From the IMG/VR virus record IMGVR_UViG_3300025018_000324, positions 1 through 35,997 of that record: a stretch of DNA of 35,997 nucleotides; one strand, 5' to 3'. The DNA comes from a virus (taxonomy: Duplodnaviria; Caudoviricetes). The notes below the pieces were generated by a model. That model saw nothing but the letters and a program-made list of their open reading frames with translations. It had not been told where the DNA came from and made no database searches. Position numbers and translations under genes: made by a program. Of this stretch, positions 16,651 through 26,419 are shown piece after piece (the stretch's first letter is position 1; each line of letters opens with the position of its first letter).

Positions 16651-17832
16651 ATGGCTGGTCTTACAGACCTCTTCGCGGACACCGTCCGCGAGACGAGCGA
16701 AACCGCGCTCGGCGGCAACAAGGGGTACCTCAACCTTGTTCAAGCCGCACGCTACACCAACAACTTCCTTATCGGCGGCAAGACCGAAGAGGAGCTGCTC
16801 CATACGGGGCAGACCATCCGGCGCACGCTCTACCTGTCCCCAGAAAATGTGGGCAAGCGCTTCGGCGGTGCGGGTCTCCGGTTCAACTGGGAGAACCGCC
16901 AGATCGGCACCAAGGTCACCACGCAGATGTCGTTCTACGCCAACTACCTGGCGTGGGACGAGCTCGAGCTCGACCTGAACGCTGACTCAACGATGGGCAA
17001 GGAGTACATCCGCGCCAAGTTCAACGACATCCTGAGAGGGAAGTTCCAAAACCTCGCTCAGACCACTGCGACACAGTTTGAGAACGAGAACTGGGCGCCT
17101 GGAAACCAGGCGGCCATGCGAACCAACTTCACGGCCCCGATGTCGATTCCGTACTACATTACGGAACAGGACGACTTCATCCCGTTGGATTCCACTGGCG
17201 CAGCACTGTCCGACGTGCTGGGCCTTTCGCCCGTCACCTATCCGAATTTCGCAAACCAGCGCGTTACCTACTCGACGGTAGGCGGCGACGCACCTGATGG
17301 CAGCGACATGGTTGGTGCTTTGCTCCATGCGAGCAACCTCGCTACCTTTGAGCCGCTTCCGATGAACCCGGAGCACGGCGTCGATGCGACCGCGCCAAAC
17401 GTCGTGTTCTGTTCGGACAGCGGCCTGCGCTACCTGACGGGCTCCTTCCGGCAGGGGCAAGATCGTTGGGGGTCCCGTGAGCTCGGTTACGGCATGGTCC
17501 TCGGGAATATGTATTTCCGCAACATCTCGGCCTTGGGCTCTGCACTTCTGTACGAGCCTAACGGCGGCGGTGCTTTGGTCGCTGAAACCACGGCCAGCAC
17601 GGGCGGCGTCTCCGGCGCGACGGGCGTCACGGGTCCGCGCTTCTATGGAGTCACCAAAAACGTCATGCAGCCGCTCTTCATGCGGGACCGCTACATGGAG
17701 CCCGGTGAAGTTACAAACCTCACGTCTGCAGGTGCTCCGAACGAGTACGTGCAGGTCTTCAAGACGTACAACCAGCTTGTGTGCTGCGACCGCAGCAAGC
17801 TGTTCATCGTCTCTCCCTCCGCCGCACTCTAG
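16651..17832 (+). CDS. Major capsid protein
   Basis: 393 aa, position after scaffold; GQTIRRTL, NQLVCCDRSK C-terminus; strong codon bias. Confidence 0.85.
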   Translation: MAGLTDLFADTVRETSETALGGNKGYLNLVQAARYTNNFLIGGKTEEELLHTGQTIRRTLYLSPENVGKRFGGAGLRFNWENRQIGTKVTTQMSFYANYLAWDELELDLNADSTMGKEYIRAKFNDILRGKFQNLAQTTATQFENENWAPGNQAAMRTNFTAPMSIPYYITEQDDFIPLDSTGAALSDVLGLSPVTYPNFANQRVTYSTVGGDAPDGSDMVGALLHASNLATFEPLPMNPEHGVDATAPNVVFCSDSGLRYLTGSFRQGQDRWGSRELGYGMVLGNMYFRNISALGSALLYEPNGGGALVAETTASTGGVSGATGVTGPRFYGVTKNVMQPLFMRDRYMEPGEVTNLTSAGAPNEYVQVFKTYNQLVCCDRSKLFIVSPSAAL

Positions 17833-17844
17833 GAGCCAACTAAC

Positions 17845-18303
17845 ATGAGCTGTACTTGGGACACCCTACCGGGTAACTACGGCGCGGCCCCCCGCGTCAT
17901 CGACTACCACTTCCTCTGCCACGGTGCGATCACCTATGGGCTGATCTACACCCTCGACCTGGAGACGGCGATCGCGGCCACCGGTTACATGGCCACCACA
18001 ACTGCCGGTCCGGTGGATAGCGCGACGGACGCCGTTCGCGTGGTGGCCTTGGAAACCGTTTCTTCGGCCCAGGCGACTGCCGGCTACCGCGGAAAATTCC
18101 GGCTGCAGGGTCCGGTCGAAGTGGTTGCGGTCGGTGCTGGCATCGCCAAGGAGGTCGCCGTTGCGAGCGACGCATCCGGTAATGCCATTGCTGCCATCAC
18201 GGGCGACACGGTTCTTGGCAACTCGTTGGCCGCGCTTGGTGCCAGCGCCACCGGAACCATCTGGTTCTACGGGGCGGCGATGGGCGAATCGGCTATCGTC
18301 TGA
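17845..18303 (+). CDS. Capsid cement/decoration protein (DUF2190-like)
   Basis: 152 aa, Ala/Gly/Thr-rich, after the capsid gene; VVALET...LQGPVEV...SDASGNA...VLGNSL. Confidence 0.65.
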   Translation: MSCTWDTLPGNYGAAPRVIDYHFLCHGAITYGLIYTLDLETAIAATGYMATTTAGPVDSATDAVRVVALETVSSAQATAGYRGKFRLQGPVEVVAVGAGIAKEVAVASDASGNAIAAITGDTVLGNSLAALGASATGTIWFYGAAMGESAIV

Positions 18304-18321
18304 TCTCGCCTCGACTAGCTC

Positions 18322-18348
18322 CCCCGGCGTCCTTCGCGGACGCCGGGG
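18322..18348 (+). terminator. Strong 11-bp hairpin after capsid genes, no U-tract
   Basis: ccccggcgtcc-ttcgc-ggacgccgggg. Confidence 0.6.
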
Positions 18349-18380
18349 CGGGCTTCCACTAACTTCTCACCCAAAACGTC

Positions 18381-19355
18381 ATGTCCCTCACCGCCCGCAG
18401 AGCTATCGAGTACGTGACGCAGATCCTGGGCGGCTCGGTCTCCGACGAGATCAGCGCCCTCGCAGTGCTGAATGAGGCCGGCGAGCTGCTCGAGGGGTCG
18501 AGAGAGTGGGCCTATCTCGTCCGCTCAACTGGAGACCTCCACTTTCGTCCGACGGTCACGGGCTCGGCCGCGAGTTTCGGCTACGCGACCGGCCTGCTAA
18601 CCCTGGTGGGCGGCTTCTCGGCCTACACGTATGTCCCCGGCGATACCGTCAGCATCGACATTGCGGGTACGACCTTCGGGACGTACCACATCAATTCGAA
18701 GGCCAGCGCTGACGCGCTGACAATCCAGCACACGCTGTCCGCGGACATTCCGGCGGTACTAAACTTCACAGTCCACACCTCGAGGATCCAGCTCTCCACG
18801 GAGGTCGGGCGCATTCTGAACGTCTATGGGACCGACGGATTCACGCGCACCGCGTTTGCGTCCACGGCGTCGGAACTCATGCGGATCGACACGCTTGCCC
18901 TCGTCCAAAACAGCTTCGTCACGGGATACGCGCTCCAGTATAACCAGGCAACGCCAGCCTCTCAGCCGGTCCCTACGCTCCTCCTGTGGCCGCAGCCGAG
19001 TGTCCAGGAGTACGACGCGCTTTCCGTAGTCTATCTGCGCAACTGGCCAGAACTGACGAGCGATGCCGACATCGTTCCGATCCCTGCCTACATGGAGGGG
19101 CTCTATTTCCAGTTCGTCCGCGCTGTGGCCGCAGGGTACGACGCCGGTGAGTCGGTTTCGCAGCGGATGGAAGCGGCGGCCAAAGCTGTGGCCGTTGTAA
19201 TGAACGGTCCTCAGTATCAAATCGCCGCGAACCGCGACGCCGCGGGTCAAAGCAAGATCGGGACCATCGCCAAGACGGCGGTCAGGTCGCAGTCTCGGGC
19301 CGCCGGATATGACCCGATTGGCGGAACTCCTACAGACAACCTTTTCACCACCTGA
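18381..19355 (+). CDS. Head-tail adaptor-like protein with inserted beta domain
   Basis: LNEAG...WAYL N-terminus and LLLWPQP...VYLR...L..D.D..PIP C-terminus. Confidence 0.7.
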   Translation: MSLTARRAIEYVTQILGGSVSDEISALAVLNEAGELLEGSREWAYLVRSTGDLHFRPTVTGSAASFGYATGLLTLVGGFSAYTYVPGDTVSIDIAGTTFGTYHINSKASADALTIQHTLSADIPAVLNFTVHTSRIQLSTEVGRILNVYGTDGFTRTAFASTASELMRIDTLALVQNSFVTGYALQYNQATPASQPVPTLLLWPQPSVQEYDALSVVYLRNWPELTSDADIVPIPAYMEGLYFQFVRAVAAGYDAGESVSQRMEAAAKAVAVVMNGPQYQIAANRDAAGQSKIGTIAKTAVRSQSRAAGYDPIGGTPTDNLFTT

Positions 19356-19363
19356 GGTAACTA

Positions 19364-19759
19364 ATGGCCCTGCATTCACAAGCACACGGTTCGATTCTGC
19401 CGCCACTTGAGCGTAAGGCGTACACACTCAATGCTAACGCTGCCCTGACAGCTGCCTACCCGTATGACGGCTGGGGCTCGAATGGAGCCGTGTCGGGCTC
19501 TGCTATCTGGGCTGGTCTGACGGCGGGAACGTTCGAGGTTGTGATCGAATCGATATTCTTCCGCTCAAACACTACGATGGTGGAGATCACTGAGATTGGC
19601 GGAGCACCGCCAGAAGTGTTCCGATTTGCGTCCGCATCAGGCTTTTCCCTTCAGTTCTTAGACGTCAAGATCGCTTGCCGTGACGGGTTTGCCGTGTCAA
19701 GCATGGGCACAGATGGGTGTATCATCACGTTCCGCGTCCACAAGTACGCGCAGGGCTAG
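19364..19759 (+). CDS. Small beta-rich structural protein
   Basis: 131 aa, GAGGT RBS, in the structural operon. Confidence 0.7.
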   Translation: MALHSQAHGSILPPLERKAYTLNANAALTAAYPYDGWGSNGAVSGSAIWAGLTAGTFEVVIESIFFRSNTTMVEITEIGGAPPEVFRFASASGFSLQFLDVKIACRDGFAVSSMGTDGCIITFRVHKYAQG

Positions 19760-19765
19760 GCGGAG

Positions 19766-20173
19766 ATGTTTCCGGCATCCGGAAGCTATACGGTTGTGTC
19801 CGTTGCGGCAGCGACTACAGACCCACGGTTTCCCGCCGACGGGAAAGGTCTAGCTACCACGGGGACACTTGCCTCTGGTGCCGCAGATGCCTCTTTCGTG
19901 CGATTCGCCGACGAGAGTATTATAACCTTCGTCACCTGCCCATCGCCCTCCGCTGGCTACCACATCCTGAAGTTATATCACGGTGACGGCACCCTAGCAG
20001 CGGAGTACCACGGTGTAGGATCGAGCGCATCTGCACAGGACTCCTTTGACGTCGGACCTGACGGGATTCGCCTAACGGGCAATTGGTACTTCCTAAACAC
20101 GTTGTCGGCAGGCAGCACGCTCGGAAGGTGGACGATCGGCTTCAAGGTGATTACCGGGAGTGTCCCCAGATGA
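19766..20173 (+). CDS. Small beta-rich structural protein, possible paralogue of the upstream gene
   Basis: 135 aa; shares YT...AA.T...P.DG.G and terminal I.F(R/K)V with 19364-19759. Confidence 0.7.
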   Translation: MFPASGSYTVVSVAAATTDPRFPADGKGLATTGTLASGAADASFVRFADESIITFVTCPSPSAGYHILKLYHGDGTLAAEYHGVGSSASAQDSFDVGPDGIRLTGNWYFLNTLSAGSTLGRWTIGFKVITGSVPR

Positions 20174-23100
20174 CGAGCACGCCACTTCCCTACCCGCGTC
20201 GTGGGCTTGACGAGAACCGATCGCACGAGCAGCAACCGCTCGAGACTACGGGCGAGATGCTCAACATGCGACCAGTTGACCCCACCAATGGTCGCACCAG
20301 GGGCGCACAACGCGCTGGGATGCGCAAGCACATCGAGACGGCGCTAGGATCCGCGGTGCGCGTCGTCAGGGCGGCCGTGTACGAGTCTAAGGCCGTGGCC
20401 TACGAGGCACTCCAGGGCGACCTAGATACCGACCCAGACCTGGAGCTGATATCGGAAGAGTGGGCCACAAAGACAAAAGCCTACAAGTCCGTTTTGAACG
20501 TCGAGACGGACTTGTCCGGGAACGTCTACGCGATCTCGGGGAACACTGTCGAGAAGCGCAACCCCGACAAGGCGCTCCTGTGGACCTTCGCCGTCCCGCT
20601 TGCAGACTCTAAGTTTACGATCGGCCCACTCGTGATTGATGAGGTTGGCGGAGTATACGTAGCTGTTGACGGTGGCGACGCGAAGCCTAAGGGGGCGGCG
20701 GTATACAAGATCGAGCAGCAGCAGATCGCCAACAGCTTTGACACGGAGCCCGTGCTGGCGTGGACCTGGACGCTTGACCTGTGGTGCCGCGAGCTCGCGC
20801 TCCACAGTGGCACCCTAAAGATGCTGGTTCAGGACAATCTAGCGCATATCTCCAAGGTGAGAACCCTGGTGAACGTGAACCTCGCCATCCCAGACGAGAT
20901 CGCGCCCATCGTTGTGCCCTATCCGTCTACTTGCATGGCGGTGAAGGCCGATGGCAGCGTGGTAACAGGTCACCCGGCGCTTGAAGGGCGCGACACGAAT
21001 CCGCTGTTTCCCGGCATTGGAGTTCCGCTCGAGCAGTGGAACCTCGGGAACCTAAGCGAAGACGACGCTGTAGTCTGGGCCGACCTGCGCGCAGAAGACA
21101 TCGTGGGTGACGATGGAGACATGGTGACTGCCTGGTTCGACGTCTCGGGCAATGGTCGCAATCTATACGAAGGCCATTATCCAAACGGACAGAAAAATCC
21201 GGTACCGCCTCCAACGATCCGGAAGGTTGGAAGCACGGGCACGCCGTCGGTCTACTTTAATGGAATGCAAGGCCTGTTCTCACTCCCTGGTGGCGGGACC
21301 GATGCCCAGCGTGATAACTGCCTAAGCCTTGTCCCAAACCACGGCGATGGCGCATTCTGCATTTTTATTCTGTGCCGACCGGAAACGAGTAAGGCCACGG
21401 ACGAGATAGACGGGGTGGACGCGAGTATCGACGCCACACGGTGGCTGTTCGGTCAACTGCACCACTCGAAGTTCCAAGGCGACGCCACAGGCAGCTTCGA
21501 CACTGGATACACAGAGGCGCATCGCACCTCGATCTTCGTTAATTCGAAGGTCCTGACGACCCCCACGGCAACGACGGCCTACACATGGTCGGGCGTCCAC
21601 GATCAGGCGTGGGGGGAGCACGCTCCTGGATACCTACGAGCAATCACCTCGAGTACGGGCGCCACGTCAATCGCTTACACCGACGCTACGGGTGGTGACG
21701 ACGAGCTGCTGCCGGCGAACCGCGGGGCTGGGACGGCGGGCTGGCCAATCCAGGGCCAGTTCGATGACCCGGCGGCCGATTCACCGGGTGAGGGACTGTG
21801 TCTCATCACGATGATGAACTGTGGTGGTCTAAACGAGTACAAGATCGCCGTTGATGGGGTCTATCTGACCGGAGTCTCCTTCACGGCCACCTCGGGGACA
21901 CCATTCGCGAGTCTAGATATTGGCGAGCCGGTCCACCTCTGGATTGATGGAAACGACGTCGCAATGGTCGTGTTCTCGGGCACGGTATTGACCTATACCT
22001 CTGGGTCAGCCCCGAGTGCCACGTACACCGACTGTTATCTGGTTCGCGACCGCAACCTCCAGACCCGATCCCTCCTCCGGATCAACGGGAACCCTATTGA
22101 CCGCTGGGAGGCTCTGCCACTATCGTTTGCCGGGGCCAGTGGTGCACTCGGAGTAAGAACGGCCGAGTACGACACCAACATTACGTCGAACCCTACCGGT
22201 GTCGGCGTTCACCTAGACGAGCCTAACGTCAAGGGTTTCAAGGGTGAGATCATGCGGATTCTTGTCGTTGGGCGCAGGAAGAAGAATGGTGACCGCATAC
22301 TCTTGGGAAGCAGCTACTACCACGAGTATCCCACCGTCCTAAGCCACCCTTTCTACGCGAACAACCAGATGAGTGGTGAGTCGGATGCCACCTGGGTTAG
22401 CGCTGGAAGTAACGTCGCCTCTACGACGATGGAGAAGATCGAGGGCTACATCATGCACGGCGCAGGGCTGCACAAGAAGCTTCCCACGACGGGCTATCCG
22501 CACGCTCACGCAGTCCCGTACACGAGCATCTCGGGCTACTACGATCTTCCCTTGTTTGACACACTCGCGCAGACGGGCCAGGCGTGGCTACCAAACAAGC
22601 GCCAAGACGCCGCGATGTGGGCCAAGCACGACTCTTCGGGGAAGATGCTCTGGTGCCTGCTAGCGTCTGGAATCTACGGCAACGGGGACGGCACGCTATT
22701 TAGCGAGGACTACTTTGGTGCCGGTCCATCTGGGTCAATCGGCGTATCCGCTGCTCCGTGCACGGGTGGCATTGTCGAGACGTCGACCGGCGATCTCTAC
22801 ATAGCTGGTCCCGGCGAGGGATCGAACGCCGACGAGTTTGCACTCGGCATCATCTATGACAAGCCAGAATCGGACCGCCAGCCTGGCCTTACCGTGGTCG
22901 GGTTCTGGTCGGCAGTCGGTGTCCCCGATGAGTTCCGGATCGGCTTTGAGGTTGACAAGACAATCAGGCTCAAGCGCGATGAGTTCGACACCCTCTATGT
23001 CCCGATGCCTTCCGGAACAACTTACGGCGGAGTCGCCGCCAAGGACGCGATCCGCGTCTTTGGCCGTGCCGACCCCGATGATCCGATGGAGTTTCTGTTC

Positions 23101-23187
23101 CGCTTGACCACTCTCGGCGGTACCGACAAGTACCAGGCCGCCAACGCGGTCGCCCTTCCACCGACAAACCCAATCTACACCACTTGA
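20170..23187 (+). CDS. Tail nozzle-like protein, N-terminal part, with inserted LamG/lectin-like domain
   Basis: ATGA-coupled start at 20170; LPYPRRGLD...NMRP...RGAQRAG nozzle-like start; propeller-like strands; WADLRAED...VTAWFDVSGNGRNL to EKIEGYI insert. Confidence 0.65.
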   Translation: MTSTPLPYPRRGLDENRSHEQQPLETTGEMLNMRPVDPTNGRTRGAQRAGMRKHIETALGSAVRVVRAAVYESKAVAYEALQGDLDTDPDLELISEEWATKTKAYKSVLNVETDLSGNVYAISGNTVEKRNPDKALLWTFAVPLADSKFTIGPLVIDEVGGVYVAVDGGDAKPKGAAVYKIEQQQIANSFDTEPVLAWTWTLDLWCRELALHSGTLKMLVQDNLAHISKVRTLVNVNLAIPDEIAPIVVPYPSTCMAVKADGSVVTGHPALEGRDTNPLFPGIGVPLEQWNLGNLSEDDAVVWADLRAEDIVGDDGDMVTAWFDVSGNGRNLYEGHYPNGQKNPVPPPTIRKVGSTGTPSVYFNGMQGLFSLPGGGTDAQRDNCLSLVPNHGDGAFCIFILCRPETSKATDEIDGVDASIDATRWLFGQLHHSKFQGDATGSFDTGYTEAHRTSIFVNSKVLTTPTATTAYTWSGVHDQAWGEHAPGYLRAITSSTGATSIAYTDATGGDDELLPANRGAGTAGWPIQGQFDDPAADSPGEGLCLITMMNCGGLNEYKIAVDGVYLTGVSFTATSGTPFASLDIGEPVHLWIDGNDVAMVVFSGTVLTYTSGSAPSATYTDCYLVRDRNLQTRSLLRINGNPIDRWEALPLSFAGASGALGVRTAEYDTNITSNPTGVGVHLDEPNVKGFKGEIMRILVVGRRKKNGDRILLGSSYYHEYPTVLSHPFYANNQMSGESDATWVSAGSNVASTTMEKIEGYIMHGAGLHKKLPTTGYPHAHAVPYTSISGYYDLPLFDTLAQTGQAWLPNKRQDAAMWAKHDSSGKMLWCLLASGIYGNGDGTLFSEDYFGAGPSGSIGVSAAPCTGGIVETSTGDLYIAGPGEGSNADEFALGIIYDKPESDRQPGLTVVGFWSAVGVPDEFRIGFEVDKTIRLKRDEFDTLYVPMPSGTTYGGVAAKDAIRVFGRADPDDPMEFLFRLTTLGGTDKYQAANAVALPPTNPIYTT

Positions 23188-23191
23188 GCTA

Positions 23192-24130
23192 ATGGCCGAC
23201 AATACAACACTTCCTGGAACGGGCGACATTATCGCCGCTGACGACGTCGGCGGGGCGAAGCACCAGCAAGTCAAAATCGAGTTCGGCGCGAACGGCACGG
23301 CCACGCCAGTCGATGCCTCGAACCCACTGCCCGTGACTGCTGAGCTGACCGGAACGCAAAACAACTACTTCCTCGAGGCGCTGCGCGGCAACGTTAGTGG
23401 CGCGTCGGCGATCGCCGGGTTTGGCTCTTCGAGTGCGATCGGGACGAGTCTGACGGTGATCGCTTCAGCCCAGACCTATCAGACTCCGGTGGCCAACACG
23501 GCCCTCGAGATGGTGTCCAGTGACAACACGAACGATATCCCCGCGGGCTCGGGGGCCCGTAAGGTGACGGTCTACGGAATCGTCGACACCGCCGGGGTCT
23601 GGGCTGAGGCATCCGAAGAAGTAACGCTCAACGGAACAACGGCGGTGGCCCTTGCGACGTCTTTCATCCGTGTCCACAACATGGAGGTCACCGAAGCCGG
23701 GGGGTATGCCACAGTCGCGGTGGCGAGCCATTCGTCTACAATTACGCTTCGAGTTGCAGGCGCTGGAGCAACCTGGGCGACAATTATTCCAGACGGCACG
23801 TTCGGCCTTGGCCAGTCGGCCACCGGTGCCTACTCGATTCCTTCCTCCAAGGTTGGGTATGTCCTCGTCACTAGCATCGCCGTCGAGGCAACCAAGCCGG
23901 CTACGGTAGTCATGTTTTCCCGCGAGAACGCCAACGACTACGCCACGCCCTACTCGGGCGTCATGCGACTCCACCCGATCGGATACGGAATTGCCGACGT
24001 TATTCAGCGTGCGGCAGAGATTCCACGCGGGCCTTTCACCGGTCCGTGCGACATCGGTTTCCTCGGCAAGCTCGCGACTGGCACTGGGGGCGTCGCGGTT
24101 AGCTTCGAGATCATCCTGTTCGACGTGTAG
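23192..24130 (+). CDS. Virion fibre/decoration-like protein
   Basis: MADN...VDASNPLPVT N-terminus and GARKVTVYG...EEVTLNGTTAV beta domain. Confidence 0.7.
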   Translation: MADNTTLPGTGDIIAADDVGGAKHQQVKIEFGANGTATPVDASNPLPVTAELTGTQNNYFLEALRGNVSGASAIAGFGSSSAIGTSLTVIASAQTYQTPVANTALEMVSSDNTNDIPAGSGARKVTVYGIVDTAGVWAEASEEVTLNGTTAVALATSFIRVHNMEVTEAGGYATVAVASHSSTITLRVAGAGATWATIIPDGTFGLGQSATGAYSIPSSKVGYVLVTSIAVEATKPATVVMFSRENANDYATPYSGVMRLHPIGYGIADVIQRAAEIPRGPFTGPCDIGFLGKLATGTGGVAVSFEIILFDV

Positions 24131-24138
24131 CTATACCC

Positions 24139-25653
24139 ATGACTCTCCTCCTGCTTTTCTCTACCGCTGGTAGTGCGACGCTTGGTGTCGTCACCGCCGA
24201 CTTTGTCTATGGAGCCGGAATCAAGCGAGCGGAGTTCGTCTATCTCGGATTGGAGGACACGGACAACGACGTGCAGCCGGCGAAGGTGGAGGGGCTGGCT
24301 AAGTATCGAATTGCTAGCGCGACGAGCACGGGAGTCCAGGGGAGAACGCGCGTGATGCTGGGGCTAGCGAGTGGAGTTCTGAACGTATGGGAGCTCTCCG
24401 CCTGGACTTCGTACTCGCTCAACACGGACGCGCACCTCTCAAACAACGCGGCCTACTACTGGGCGTTCACCTTTCAGCAGAAGGAATACTTCGGCGACGG
24501 CATTAGCCAGATCGTGTACGACCCACGACTCAACACGCTGGTCGAGTGGGAGAGCGGAGGCTCGGGCGCCATGCCGGAGAAGTGCGCCCTCGCCGCCGTG
24601 TACCGTGGCCGAGTCGTCTTGGCTCGCCCCGCAGATAACCCGACGCTTTGGTACATGAGCGCGATGGATGACGCAGGAAACTGGGACTTCTACCCTGCTA
24701 CCCCGTCGGCAGACCAGGCCGTTTTTGGCAGCCTCACGACGGCGACAAAGACGCCAGACATCATCAACACGTTGATCCCGTTTAAGGACGACTACATGCT
24801 GTTTGGCTGTGACAAAAGCATCTGGATCCTACGCGGTGACCCAGCGGGTGGTGGCGAGTTCGATCGCATTACGGACACTATCGGGATGGCCTTCGGCGCA
24901 CCATGGTGCAAAGACCCAACGGGTATTCTGTACTTCTTCGGCTCCAAGGGCGGCGTCTACCGGATGATCGGTGACTCGCAGCCGCAACACTTGTCAGATG
25001 CTCTAGACGGCCAAGACGTTAGTATCCAAGCGCGGCTCCGAGACGTTGACTTCGGTAGCTTCCGGATCGAACTCGTCTGGGACTTTGAACGCCAAGGCCT
25101 GATCGTGCTCCAGATCCCGTTTGCCGAGGATGCGGCTGCTACGCCGCTGTCTTGGTTTTGGGACGTCAAAAACAACGCGTGGTGCGAGGACCAGCCGGGG
25201 TCTACGGTGCTCCAGCCCTATGCGGTGTGGACGGCAGACGGCGACCAGGCTGCTGATAGACGCGTTCTCTATGGATGCTACGACGGGTTTATCCGAGAGC
25301 TCGACAGCGCCGCGCTGGACGATGACGGTGTGGCAATTGACAGCTATGTCACCATCGGACCAATTGCGGCCGGCGGTGACTCAGAGATAGTTCTGAACCG
25401 CCTACGGGCGATCCTGGCATCTGAACACTCGGGATGCGACTTCGCCGTTTACTCGAGCGACGATCCCGCGCAAAAAGGGAGCGTCGTTAAAAGTGGCAGA
25501 TTTGGGCCAGGCATGAACCCGAGGCTCTCTGTTAACCGCCGCGGCGCCTTCATGTGGGTACGCTTGCGGAACCCGTTTGCAGCGCAGAGGTGGGCGCTTG
25601 AGGAGTTGCAGGCCGATGTCGTGAAAGCCGGGATGCGGAGGGTGCGGGCATGA
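24139..25653 (+). CDS. Tail nozzle-like protein, C-terminal part (P22 gp10/T7 gp12-like role)
   Basis: YRGRVVLA...WYMSAMDDAGNWD, MLFGCDKSIW, GILYFFGSKGGVY, RRGAFMWVRL...WALE. Confidence 0.75.
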   Translation: MTLLLLFSTAGSATLGVVTADFVYGAGIKRAEFVYLGLEDTDNDVQPAKVEGLAKYRIASATSTGVQGRTRVMLGLASGVLNVWELSAWTSYSLNTDAHLSNNAAYYWAFTFQQKEYFGDGISQIVYDPRLNTLVEWESGGSGAMPEKCALAAVYRGRVVLARPADNPTLWYMSAMDDAGNWDFYPATPSADQAVFGSLTTATKTPDIINTLIPFKDDYMLFGCDKSIWILRGDPAGGGEFDRITDTIGMAFGAPWCKDPTGILYFFGSKGGVYRMIGDSQPQHLSDALDGQDVSIQARLRDVDFGSFRIELVWDFERQGLIVLQIPFAEDAAATPLSWFWDVKNNAWCEDQPGSTVLQPYAVWTADGDQAADRRVLYGCYDGFIRELDSAALDDDGVAIDSYVTIGPIAAGGDSEIVLNRLRAILASEHSGCDFAVYSSDDPAQKGSVVKSGRFGPGMNPRLSVNRRGAFMWVRLRNPFAAQRWALEELQADVVKAGMRRVRA

Positions 25654-25862
25654 GCGGAAACCTCAAGCGACCAAACCGGACGAGGACCCAGGACGCCCAG
25701 CGTGTGCGGCGCTCGAGCTCGCAGTTCGACGCATTCAAGCGGCAGAAGCCGGACATCTTTGATCTACACTATCGCCTTGTTGCGGCAGAGGCTTCCAACA
25801 GCGACACTCTTACACGGCTGGAAGCAGCCGAAGCGGCCTTGAAGAAGGCAGGACTACTCTAA
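25650..25862 (+). CDS. Small coiled-coil protein
   Basis: 70 aa, overlaps neighbours at both ends (ATGA, TAATG). Confidence 0.65.
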   Translation: MSGNLKRPNRTRTQDAQRVRRSSSQFDAFKRQKPDIFDLHYRLVAAEASNSDTLTRLEAAEAALKKAGLL

Positions 25863-26419
25863 TGGCAGGCTTCTTGGAATCACTCCTCCTGGGCACCGAG
25901 AACGAGGCCCAGAAGAAGAACGAAGCGAGCACGGTTAGCAACATGGCCGCGCTTGCCACGCAGTATGGGTTTGGCCAGAGCCAGCTCTTCAAGGGTCTAG
26001 CCGCACTCAACAAGGGCTACACGAATGCCCAAGGCATCCTGGCCAAACAAGGACAGACGGCAACGAACCAGATCCTCGCGTCGAAGAAACAGACGGACGC
26101 GACAAACGCCCAGAGCCTCGTGAGCAAGGGCCTGTTCAACACGAGCATTCAAGGAAACCTGGCCAATCAATCCCAGGCCATGACGGCACAGGCTCTTGGC
26201 GGGCTCGCTGAAGCGTTGGGGACACAGCAGGCAAACCTAGCCGTCGGCCAGGCAAACGCACAGCAGGGGGCATACCAGTCCCTCGCGCAGTTCGCAGTGA
26301 ACAAGGTGGCAATGCAGGCGAACTTGACCCCGCAGTATCAGGGCACCCCTGGGGCTCTCGGCGGGCTGGCTGGCGGTTTCGCTCAGGCGTATGGCACGAA
26401 GCTCGGGGAAAAACTCTAA
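25862..26419 (+). CDS. Probable ejection/pilot protein
   Basis: Gln/Ala/Asn-rich with Gly-rich C-terminus; position after nozzle. Confidence 0.65.
   Translation: MAGFLESLLLGTENEAQKKNEASTVSNMAALATQYGFGQSQLFKGLAALNKGYTNAQGILAKQGQTATNQILASKKQTDATNAQSLVSKGLFNTSIQGNLANQSQAMTAQALGGLAEALGTQQANLAVGQANAQQGAYQSLAQFAVNKVAMQANLTPQYQGTPGALGGLAGGFAQAYGTKLGEKL

Noticed and set aside
20083-20169. Upstream TTG start of the 1034-aa ORF
   Set aside because: It overlaps the preceding gene by about 90 nt; the ATGA-coupled start at 20170 is more plausible.
23185-23191. Stop-codon read-through or recoded TGA fusing the nozzle N-half to the next gene
   Set aside because: The next gene is in a different frame, and TGA acts as a normal stop in many coupled ATGA junctions in this genome.
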